Below, in pieces: positions 9,946 to 18,089 of a stretch of DNA of 64,000 nt (position 1 is its first letter; every line of letters starts with the position of its first letter). The notes beneath the pieces are model-generated. The model was not told the origin of the DNA. It searched no databases and saw nothing but the letters and a program-made list of their open reading frames with translations. Both the position numbers and the translations under genes were made by a program. This DNA is from Planctomycetota bacterium (GTDB lineage: Bacteria > Planctomycetota > Phycisphaerae > WQYP01), in the NCBI GenBank assembly GCA_021827645.1, contig JAKAVA010000041.1, forward strand, positions 2,076 through 66,075, written 5' to 3'.

Positions 9946-11244
9946 ATGGCGGAAGCGGCCACGCAATATAATACTCCGTTGAAAATGGGGTTGATGGGGT
10001 ACATCGGCACGGCACTGGATGTCAATGATTTCATCTTCTTCAATATTGTCGTGGTGACCTTTCATAAATTCACCACCGACCTCTTCCTGATCGCCATTTT
10101 GGTCAATGTCCACCGCCTTCTCGGTTGTACGCTTCAGCCCTATGTGGCCTGGAAGGCGGACCATGTGCGCAGTCGCCTCGGCCGCCGTAAACCATTTCTC
10201 CTATGTTCATTATCCGGTACCGTTATTTTCGTCATCCTGCTTGGGCTGCTCCCTCAATGGATTTCAAAGCCGGAGTATCACACACTCTGGGCTCTGGCTC
10301 TGGTATCCGCCGTTTTTATCATCTGGCAGGTATGCCAGGAGATTAATTTAAGCGCCCATACCACCCTCTACCCCGCCGTCATCGAACAGCGGCGGCTGGG
10401 GACAGCCGGCTCGGTGAGAATGTTCATCAGCGGTCTGATGACATTATTTATGACGTATTACGTCATGCATTGGGCCGATATCAATGGATTTTACCCCTAT
10501 CTCGCAGCGGGAGTAATCACCGTTATCGCAATTCCGCTGCTTCTGATGACGCCGGAAAAATCAACCCATACCCCCTCACCGGCCAAATATAACCCCTTCG
10601 AACATATGCATCTTCTCTTTGAAAATCGCCGCTATGCGATGGTTTCCATCATCGCCTCCTGCGCACTGGCGTTTCCTGTAACGATGGTCCTTTTTCAATC
10701 GCTTTACGTGATTCATGTGCTGCATTTTTCTCTCGGTTCGTTAGGCAAGGCGATGTTTCCCGGCACGATCGTCGCGCTGGTGCTTGCGGTGCCGGCCGGT
10801 TATCTGGTAGATATCCTCACTCCCCGTCGCATGATGATCCTCAGTTTTATTCTCTGGATCGTGGCCGCCGGTGCCATGGCATTTTTTGTCCGTCACTGGT
10901 ATGCCCTGATGATCGTGCAGGTGCTCTATTTCATGGCCTATACCGTCCAGATGAGTGCCATCCTTGCACTGACCTTTGAAAGTGTGACGGAAGATATGCG
11001 CGGCGCGGTATTCGGTATTATTCAGGTTACACGTGCCGTTGCGACCATCATCGCCACCATTGCTGTGGGATATCTGGTGAACCTCGATCATGATTACCGG
11101 CTGGCTTATTACGGCTGTCTCCTGATTGCCGTCACCGGGCTGCTGGTTTCGTGGTTTCTTAAGCCTGCGGGCTGGATGCCGTCTGCATCACCCGCTGCGG
11201 ACGGTGCCATCGCAGGCACGCCGCCTTCTGCTGGAGAAATGTGA
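9946..11244 (+). CDS. Glycoside-pentoside-hexuronide (GPH)/MFS_2 family cation symporter
   Basis: It is a polytopic membrane protein with the RLGRRKPF motif typical of GPH-family transporters and about 12 predicted TM segments. Confidence 0.65.
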   Translation: MAEAATQYNTPLKMGLMGYIGTALDVNDFIFFNIVVVTFHKFTTDLFLIAILVNVHRLLGCTLQPYVAWKADHVRSRLGRRKPFLLCSLSGTVIFVILLGLLPQWISKPEYHTLWALALVSAVFIIWQVCQEINLSAHTTLYPAVIEQRRLGTAGSVRMFISGLMTLFMTYYVMHWADINGFYPYLAAGVITVIAIPLLLMTPEKSTHTPSPAKYNPFEHMHLLFENRRYAMVSIIASCALAFPVTMVLFQSLYVIHVLHFSLGSLGKAMFPGTIVALVLAVPAGYLVDILTPRRMMILSFILWIVAAGAMAFFVRHWYALMIVQVLYFMAYTVQMSAILALTFESVTEDMRGAVFGIIQVTRAVATIIATIAVGYLVNLDHDYRLAYYGCLLIAVTGLLVSWFLKPAGWMPSASPAADGAIAGTPPSAGEM

Positions 11245-11247
11245 ACT

Positions 11248-12750
11248 ATGACCCAACCGCGACAGGTCATTTTTATCATGACCGACACTCAGAGAACCGA
11301 TATGCTCGGCTGCTACGGCAACCCAGCCATGAAAACGCCCGCCCTTGATGGACTCTCACAGCACGGTGTCCGGTTTGACCGTGCCTACACCTGTCAGCCC
11401 GTATGCGGACCGGCCCGCGCCGCGATTTTCACCGGTACATGGCCTCATTCCAACGGCTCATGGGCCAACAATATGGCGATCGGGGATAATATTAAAACAC
11501 TCGGCCAGCGACTCCGTGACAACAGGGTGCATTGCGGATACATCGGCAAATGGCATCTCGACGGCAGTGATTATTTTGGCCTGGGTCGTTGTGCCGACGG
11601 GTGGGACCCTGATTACTGGTACGACATGCGCCGTTACATTGACGAACTGTCGCCGGAAGACCGCAGGCGATCCCGCCTGACACCTTCGCAGGGCGCGTCG
11701 GTTGATGCCGAATTCACCTATGCACACCGATGTTCGGATCTCGCCATACGATTTCTTCGTGACCACGCCGGCGAGGATTTCTTTCTGGTTGTGTCGTACG
11801 ATGAACCGCATCATCCTTTTCTCTGTCCGCCCCGGTACAGCGAGATGTATCGCGACTATGCCTGGCCCCGCACACGCAATCATTTCGATACGCTGGAAAA
11901 CAAACCCGCACATCAGTTCGCATGGGCAAAAAGTCTCCCTCCCGGAGACCCCGCAAACCGGCAGATTGATGTTGCGGATTATCTGGGTTGTAATTCATTC
12001 GTTGATCACGAAATCGGCCGCGTGCTGGATATCGCCGCTGAACTGGCGCCCGAGGCGATGGTCATTTACACCTCTGATCATGGCGATGGACTTTATTCAC
12101 ATGGCATAACCAATAAAGGTCCGGTGGCTTATGATGAAATTGCCCGTATTCCCTTAATCGTCTCCTGGCCCGGCGCTGCACCGGCCGCGGTGATATCACA
12201 CGCTCCGACGTCTCATATCGACATAGCGCCCACCGTCATGGATGCCTTCGGCCTGCCCATTCCAAAATCGCTTGAAGGTCGCAGCATGCTGCCGACCATC
12301 CGCGACCCGGCCAAACCGATTAATGATGCTGTCTTCATCGAGTATGGACGATACGAAGTGGATCATGACGGCTTCGGCGGCTTCCAGCCGATGCGGGCGA
12401 TTTATGACGGGCGTCATAAACTGGTGGTGAATCTGCTGAGTTCCGATGAACTCTACGATCTCCAGGCTGATCCGCAGGAAATCGTCAATCTTATCCATTC
12501 ACCTGAGTATTCCCGGCAGCGAGATCAACTCCATGATCGGCTCCTGGAGTGGATGAACACCACGCGAGATCCATTCCGCGGCTACTATTGGCATCGGCGG
12601 CCCTGGCGCAAGGATGCGCCCGTAGCTTCATGGAATTACACCGGTATGACACGCCAACGAGAGAATGAAGAATATGAACCACGGCAACTGGATTATGACA
12701 CCGGTGAACCGATGATCAGCGCCGTCCGCAGAAAAACACCCCCCGGGTGA
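11248..12750 (+). CDS. Sulfatase (Cys-type) without a signal peptide, probably cytoplasmic
   Basis: The start MTQPRQVIFIMTDTQRTD goes directly into the sulfatase core. CQPVCGPARAAIFTG is a C-x-P-x-R motif. The gene sits 4 nt after the GPH transporter. Confidence 0.85.
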   Translation: MTQPRQVIFIMTDTQRTDMLGCYGNPAMKTPALDGLSQHGVRFDRAYTCQPVCGPARAAIFTGTWPHSNGSWANNMAIGDNIKTLGQRLRDNRVHCGYIGKWHLDGSDYFGLGRCADGWDPDYWYDMRRYIDELSPEDRRRSRLTPSQGASVDAEFTYAHRCSDLAIRFLRDHAGEDFFLVVSYDEPHHPFLCPPRYSEMYRDYAWPRTRNHFDTLENKPAHQFAWAKSLPPGDPANRQIDVADYLGCNSFVDHEIGRVLDIAAELAPEAMVIYTSDHGDGLYSHGITNKGPVAYDEIARIPLIVSWPGAAPAAVISHAPTSHIDIAPTVMDAFGLPIPKSLEGRSMLPTIRDPAKPINDAVFIEYGRYEVDHDGFGGFQPMRAIYDGRHKLVVNLLSSDELYDLQADPQEIVNLIHSPEYSRQRDQLHDRLLEWMNTTRDPFRGYYWHRRPWRKDAPVASWNYTGMTRQRENEEYEPRQLDYDTGEPMISAVRRKTPPG

Positions 12751-12850
12751 TCCGGATCAAGGGTAGCATATTCCGCTTTTCTGCGGTCGGGTACAAATTC
12801 AGTGGACTCAGACAGTCAACACTTCCCTTTATGCAGATGCACGGCTATCG

Positions 12851-12880
12851 GCCAGCCACGTTATGACATCCACCGCATGG
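12851..12880. repeat. 30-bp copy (28/30 identical) of the 3' end of hemB, in direct orientation with hemB 16623..16652
   Basis: gccagccacgttatgacatccaccgcatgg here matches gccagccaggttatgacatcgaccgcatgg in hemB. The minus-strand translation HAVDVITWLA appears in both. The two copies bracket a 3.77-kb segment that carries the GH116 gene. Confidence 0.6.
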
Positions 12881-12989
12881 GGATTGCTGTATGGAAGGTC
12901 ATCGCCGCGGCCAAGACCAAGCCATTCGGTTTTCAGGCGTTCTATCCCGCCACCGCCTCGGCGGCCACGGCATTCCCATCGACCCATCG

Positions 12990-13188
12990 GCAGCGGCATC
13001 ATGATCTGCAGATGAAAAGCGTATCCCTTACCCCGGCTAATATGCGCAAATATGATCTGGTGCTTATCGCCACCGATCACAGCCAGTATGACTGGCCGAT
13101 GATCTGTCGCCACAGTCGCCTGATTGTCGATACCCGCAATGCGACAGCGTCTGTGAAGGGGCCAAAAAAGCGGGTGATACTCGCGTAG
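12990..13188 (+). pseudogene. Stranded 3' fragment of a UDP-N-acetyl-sugar / UDP-glucose dehydrogenase gene (WbpA/TviB/WecC-like C-terminus)
   Basis: …VSLTPANMRKYDLVLIATDHSQYDWPMICRHSRLIVDTRNATASVKG… matches the conserved C-terminal end of nucleotide-sugar dehydrogenases (…DAVVIATDHSEY……LIVDTRNA…). There is no upstream Rossmann or catalytic domain, and the rest of ORF 12802..13188 is unrelated. Confidence 0.55.
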
Positions 13189-13265
13189 CCAGCCGTAAAA
13201 CTCGACTCCTTACCGGAGGCACCATCGGCATCGGTGTTGGGCGACGATGCCGTGGCTGCGGCGAT

Positions 13266-16200
13266 TCAGCTTGTGTGCCATGAGATTTCCAGCGCTGAAC
13301 CCTCCTTAAATCGCAGAGGGTGTTTGAATCTGATCACGGCGCGTTTATCAACAACGGAAGCCTCTGCGACAAGTTGTGTTCCATCAAATGCTACTCGCAG
13401 ATGTTTCAGCGGTGTTGTGCCTTCAGCCGGTGTCAGGCCGATGGTGAATTCTGAAAGCACCAGTTTGCCGGCCCGATGCACCACACGATGGGTGCGTGTT
13501 GTTCCTGTAGTGCGGGCGAAGTATTCCCCCCAGCCCGCAGCCGTGCAAAACAGGGATCGATGGTCGGTTGCGGAAATGCGCGGTGAAAATCCGATGGATC
13601 GGCGGATAGCGTCCCATCGGAAACCCTGCAGCCCCAGCAGCACGGTCCATACACTCAGAGCTCGAAAATAATGTTGGCCGCACTCAATGTGATCCCACGG
13701 CGCCCGTCGATGGACATACCGATCATAAACATCGGTGGTTACGGTGACGGAAAGATCGGTTCGATCGAGGTAGGCGAGGGACGAGGCAAACATAAATTCG
13801 ATTCCCGTCCACGGCCCGCTCCACTGTCCTTCACCTGCCGGCGTGCCGCCGTGGGGCCAGAATCCGTTGATGTAGGCGATGCCGTCATGCGGATGTACAT
13901 AAGGCATCCCTGGGCGGGTCTTCTGTCGGCAATAATGAAAAGCCGCTTCATTGTGCATTCGCACATAGTCGCGAGGTAAAATCTCGCCGAGATCACATAA
14001 GTCGGCAAACCACTGTCCGACGGTACCGGCCAGAAGAATACCGGTGTTTTCGGTTCCGGTTTTGAGGTCACGGGCCATCTGATAATATTGGCCGTTCCAT
14101 AATTCGGATTCGAAGCTCCGCTTCCCTTTTTCGAGCCATAAGGTGTAGTTGGCTTCGGTTTTATGATCGCCCAATATCCGCGCCATTCGAATTCCCGCAG
14201 CCAACGCCGCCAGAAAAATGCTTGAAACATACGAGGTGGTACCATTCATCGGCCAGCCGTCGAACGTACTGTCAGGGCCGTGGTCATCGGGTAGAAAATC
14301 CCCGCCCTTATCGGTGCGCTGGTCATACGCCATCGCTTTGGTAATCACCGGCCACATTTCACGCAGGTAGGCATGATCACCGGACCAGAGGTAATCGCGG
14401 TACGCCATCAACGTAAATGCCGGCATGAGATCAATCTTGTACCATGCGTCCGGGTGTTCAAATGTGCCGGGGAAAAAGTGCGGCATTTCACCGTCCGGTT
14501 TTTGATGGCGTGCACTGAGCCGCATGGACGTCCTCTGCTGATGTGGAAAGAGAAGTGAAATGGGATTGGACCCGTAAAATGCCACATCGAGGGTTTGTAA
14601 TCCGCAGCACCCCATCCCTTCCCAGACTGCATAGGTGCCGTCCTTCACCCACCATGTTTCTTTGCTCAGGGTAGTCAGCTGTGCGTTAATCGCATCCTTT
14701 ACTTTTGGCGGCATGGAACTCGCATAAAGCGCATCCTGAAAACTTTTGGTGCGTGTGAATAAATCACCGTGACGCGACGAGAGCTCGCGAACCACTTCCA
14801 TGGAATTATGAAACCATCGGCTGTACATGTGACCGAGAAAATTTGAATTGCGCGAATAATCATATTGATTAGGAAAGTGCCACGCCAAGATGAACGTGAT
14901 CGTCCGCTTTTCACCCGGTGCCAGATTAATGGTGGACGCCAGCGCGGTATTTCGCGCCTCTTCCGGTGGCACCTCCTGATTCAGCAGTGTGCCATGATCT
15001 TGAAAGTGGCGCCAGAAGGCATCGCGATCGCGCCACTGTGCCGCTGCGGGGGCGGCGGGCGATAGGGTCGCCAGAGTCATGTCGCCACTGGAGGCATCGA
15101 ATGGATCAACGCCAAAGCCGGGGCTGAAGGTTGCGTACGCCAGATGGGCCAGCAGGCCGGCATAAAACATCGGCACCTGCGTCCAATCTGCCGGGGGCCA
15201 ACCGCCGCCGACCGAACAGGCCCAAACTACGGTACGCCCTTTGCCGTAGTGTCCTGTTATCAGCAGCGGAGCGCCTCCGGTGGTCTTGAGAAGCACTTTG
15301 GCTCCGGATTTTAGTCCGGCGATCCTGTTGTAACCGCCGATCGTTTCGCGTTGTGGTGCGCCAAAAAGAAAATCGGTTTTTTCAACCAGCGCGATGCCGG
15401 TCGGCTGATTAACCGTATCAACGGAGTTGCATAGATGTACCGGCAGTGCCGTGTCAATCGGCGTGCCGTTGAGATGTCCCCAGCGATCACTGCTGTCGCC
15501 GTAAAACGCGTCCCATCCTCCGGTGGCCAGCAAGCCGACGCCGTGATGCACGGCATCCCGGATGATGACCATATTATCTTCGCCGAGAGCCACTTTGGCA
15601 TGTGGAATTTCACCCAGCCAGATCACGTCGTAATGTTCGGCGAGTTCCTTCGCGGTTGAGTATGGTAGAACAACCGACCCCGAATTGACATTCACGCTGG
15701 TATCGAGAGTCAGATTTTTCGTGTTATCAAAAACTTCCCTTACCCTGGGCGGTATGGATTCAATCAATACCAGGACGCGAACGGGTTTGCTCATTGCCGA
15801 CGGGCGCGAATCGGTCCGAGCTTTCATATGAACAGCCGTCAGGTTCGGCTCCTGCTCCACCCGGTTCTCCGTTCCGGTCCAGCCGTTATTCAAACCCACA
15901 CCGTTGCGAATGCTGGAGAGGATGGTGGTCTGCACCTTCTTAGCTGAACGATTCGTCAGTTCAAAGGAAAACACGGCGGCGGGAAAACCGGACTCCCGCG
16001 GTTGATGCGGTATCAGCGGTGACCATGCCGTCAAAGAGATGTCAAGTGGCAGTTCCGGATCGTCGTACCACAACTTCGCAATCGGGGCTCGTCCTTCGTA
16101 GGTAATGCTTTGGACCGGATGACCCGGATTGTCGGTATGGCGAACGGTTTCCAGCCGGCGGGTGACGGCCGGTGCACCTTCCTGCTGAGCACGAACGGCA

Positions 16201-16526
16201 AAGAAGGTATCGGGCAGAACCAGCCTCTGCCCCCAGTTATTAAAGATCTGCCATTCATACATCGCACCATCGGCCCGAAGTTCGAATGTTCCGGCCCCCA
16301 TTCCACCGAGCGAAATGCCCGAGGCCATCGGAGGGTGGAACAGGATCACCCGGCCGTCGGGTCCGCGCAGCGGAACACCGATTTCCTCGGCATGTGCGGC
16401 GGCGGTGGCGCTGGGGCGTGGTGTTATGATCATCGCGGCAGAGCCGGCGGTGAGCACCTTGAGAAAGTGACGTCGCGAGACGTCGTCACCCAGTGGTGTG
16501 GGGTTGGATGTCGTCATAGGGTTCAA
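13266..16526 (-). CDS. Tat-secreted GH116-family glycoside hydrolase (beta-glucosidase/glucosylceramidase-like) with an inserted middle domain
   Basis: RRHFLKVLTAGSAAMI is a Tat signal. GISLGGMGAGTFELRADGAMYEWQIFNN resembles the GH116 N-domain motif (GxPLGGIGxG…WQ). The C-terminal region is a DUF608-like six-hairpin domain. A roughly 120-aa insert (RVLVLIES…YDVIWLGEIP…HHGVGLLATGGW) looks like a class-I glutamine-amidotransferase-like fold. Confidence 0.6.
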   Translation of the reverse strand: MNPMTTSNPTPLGDDVSRRHFLKVLTAGSAAMIITPRPSATAAAHAEEIGVPLRGPDGRVILFHPPMASGISLGGMGAGTFELRADGAMYEWQIFNNWGQRLVLPDTFFAVRAQQEGAPAVTRRLETVRHTDNPGHPVQSITYEGRAPIAKLWYDDPELPLDISLTAWSPLIPHQPRESGFPAAVFSFELTNRSAKKVQTTILSSIRNGVGLNNGWTGTENRVEQEPNLTAVHMKARTDSRPSAMSKPVRVLVLIESIPPRVREVFDNTKNLTLDTSVNVNSGSVVLPYSTAKELAEHYDVIWLGEIPHAKVALGEDNMVIIRDAVHHGVGLLATGGWDAFYGDSSDRWGHLNGTPIDTALPVHLCNSVDTVNQPTGIALVEKTDFLFGAPQRETIGGYNRIAGLKSGAKVLLKTTGGAPLLITGHYGKGRTVVWACSVGGGWPPADWTQVPMFYAGLLAHLAYATFSPGFGVDPFDASSGDMTLATLSPAAPAAAQWRDRDAFWRHFQDHGTLLNQEVPPEEARNTALASTINLAPGEKRTITFILAWHFPNQYDYSRNSNFLGHMYSRWFHNSMEVVRELSSRHGDLFTRTKSFQDALYASSMPPKVKDAINAQLTTLSKETWWVKDGTYAVWEGMGCCGLQTLDVAFYGSNPISLLFPHQQRTSMRLSARHQKPDGEMPHFFPGTFEHPDAWYKIDLMPAFTLMAYRDYLWSGDHAYLREMWPVITKAMAYDQRTDKGGDFLPDDHGPDSTFDGWPMNGTTSYVSSIFLAALAAGIRMARILGDHKTEANYTLWLEKGKRSFESELWNGQYYQMARDLKTGTENTGILLAGTVGQWFADLCDLGEILPRDYVRMHNEAAFHYCRQKTRPGMPYVHPHDGIAYINGFWPHGGTPAGEGQWSGPWTGIEFMFASSLAYLDRTDLSVTVTTDVYDRYVHRRAPWDHIECGQHYFRALSVWTVLLGLQGFRWDAIRRSIGFSPRISATDHRSLFCTAAGWGEYFARTTGTTRTHRVVHRAGKLVLSEFTIGLTPAEGTTPLKHLRVAFDGTQLVAEASVVDKRAVIRFKHPLRFKEGSALEISWHTS

Positions 16527-16606
16527 ACTCCATTAAGAAAGGCTCAGCGGCAAGTGTAACAGCCGAAAAAGAGTTTAATGAATGGTAACACCGGGCGGGT
16601 TCACGC

Positions 16607-17659
16607 CTATTCGCGATTCTGCGCCAGCCAGGTTATGACATCGACCGCATGGTAGCTGATGATCGGCCCCGCACCGGCACGCTTAAACGCATACATGGAT
16701 TCAAGCACGGCCGCCTTTTCATCCAGCCACCCGGCCTGTGCGGCCGCTTTGATCATCGCGTATTCCCCGCTGACCTGATAGACCGCACACGGTACGGAGA
16801 CGGCCCGGCTTACCTCCCGAAGAACATCCAGATACGGCATGCCCGGCTTGACCATCACCATGTCAGCTCCCTCGGCTATATCGAGTTGAGCCTCGCGGAT
16901 CGCCTCGGTGGTGGCGCGCCGAAAATCCATCTGATAGCCGCGGCGGTCGCCAAACTGCGGCGGTGATTGTGCCGCTTCGCGAAACGGCCCGTAAAATGCG
17001 CTGGCATATTTGACGGAATACCCCATGATGGCTCGATCTATAAAACCGGCGGAGTCCAAACTGCGGCGGATGCTCGCGACGGCGTGATCCATCATGCCCG
17101 ACGGCGCCACCACATCCGCTCCCGCTTCGCAATGAATCACCGCCTGTTTGGCCAACAATTCAATGGTGGCATCGTTATCGACACCTTCAAATCCCTCCTC
17201 TGCGGCAGCCTTGGGCATCCGCCCACCTTTGCGCCTGGTGCGTACCGGTTTGGCCAGCGGGCCGCAGTGTCCATGGTCGGTGTATTCGCAATAACACAGA
17301 TCGGTCATCAGCAGTAAATTGAGTCCCGCCCGTTTCACCATTCGCAACGTGGTGCAAACGGCATTATCCGGGTCGTGGGCATGCGACCCGACGGCATCTT
17401 TGTCCGCCGCATCCACCACACCGAAGAGCATAACCCCGCGGAGGCCCATGGCTGCCCACTCGGAGAGCTCCTCCAGCAGCACGTCCGGGGAATATTGAAA
17501 ATGGCCTGGCATGCTCAGGATAGGATGACGAATGTCCTCTCCGTTGCGGACAAACAACGGCAGAATGAAATCCTCGGGCCGGAGAACATAATCGGCCGCC
17601 ATATCACGCAGGAGGGGATTCTGCCGCATCCGCCGCATCCGCTGGTTGTGATCAGACAT
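16607..17659 (-). CDS. hemB: Porphobilinogen synthase (delta-aminolevulinate dehydratase), Zn-type
   Basis: It has the Cys-triad DLCYCEYTDHGHCG, and the motifs VDNDAT, VAPSGMMD and YQVSGEYAM. A roughly 19-aa basic insert (PLAKPVRTRRKGGRMPKAAAEEGFE) follows the Cys triad. Confidence 0.9.
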   Translation of the reverse strand: MSDHNQRMRRMRQNPLLRDMAADYVLRPEDFILPLFVRNGEDIRHPILSMPGHFQYSPDVLLEELSEWAAMGLRGVMLFGVVDAADKDAVGSHAHDPDNAVCTTLRMVKRAGLNLLLMTDLCYCEYTDHGHCGPLAKPVRTRRKGGRMPKAAAEEGFEGVDNDATIELLAKQAVIHCEAGADVVAPSGMMDHAVASIRRSLDSAGFIDRAIMGYSVKYASAFYGPFREAAQSPPQFGDRRGYQMDFRRATTEAIREAQLDIAEGADMVMVKPGMPYLDVLREVSRAVSVPCAVYQVSGEYAMIKAAAQAGWLDEKAAVLESMYAFKRAGAGPIISYHAVDVITWLAQNRE

Positions 17660-17693
17660 AGAAACCTCAAATCTCTGAACAACGCTTGTTATG

Positions 17694-18077
17694 TCATGGT
17701 TTGGCGCGGGCGGGACGTATCGAAGTTATCTGGGCGATATCCCGCTGCCAGTTTACCTCGTAATGAAACACGATTTTTTCTCCCACTTTCAGGCCTGCCG
17801 TACTCACCCCCCGCTCCAGTTGGTACGGCATCACCATGGCGGGCATCGTTCCTACCTTGCCGTTCATCCGCACCCAGTTATGAATCGGACCGGCATTGAT
17901 CTGCAACTGTGGCGGGCCCTGATTGGATACCGGCAGCGCCACGATCGTGCCGTGAACGATGTAATGGTAAGTCGTTCCCCTGGGGGTTGGGGGCGAATGG
18001 CGGCTGCACCCGGCAAGCGCCATCATGCATGCCGCGGATAGGATGATAACGTTAATGAAAGTATAGTGATTCTTCAT
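17694..18077 (-). CDS. CusF-like periplasmic Cu(I)/Ag(I)-binding lipoprotein
   Basis: A lipobox is present (LAGC). It aligns to CusF with the metal-site residues H…W and M-x-M conserved (GPIHNW…MPAMVMP…GEKIVFHYEV). Confidence 0.5.
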   Translation of the reverse strand: MKNHYTFINVIILSAACMMALAGCSRHSPPTPRGTTYHYIVHGTIVALPVSNQGPPQLQINAGPIHNWVRMNGKVGTMPAMVMPYQLERGVSTAGLKVGEKIVFHYEVNWQRDIAQITSIRPARAKP

Positions 18078-18089
18078 GGTATGTCGTCC

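Noticed and set aside
12802-13188. ORF 12802..13188 read as an intact 128-aa gene
   Set aside because: Only the last roughly 65 residues resemble anything, namely a dehydrogenase C-terminus. The N-terminal part has no similarity and no RBS. It is better explained as a gene remnant and is reported as a pseudogene.
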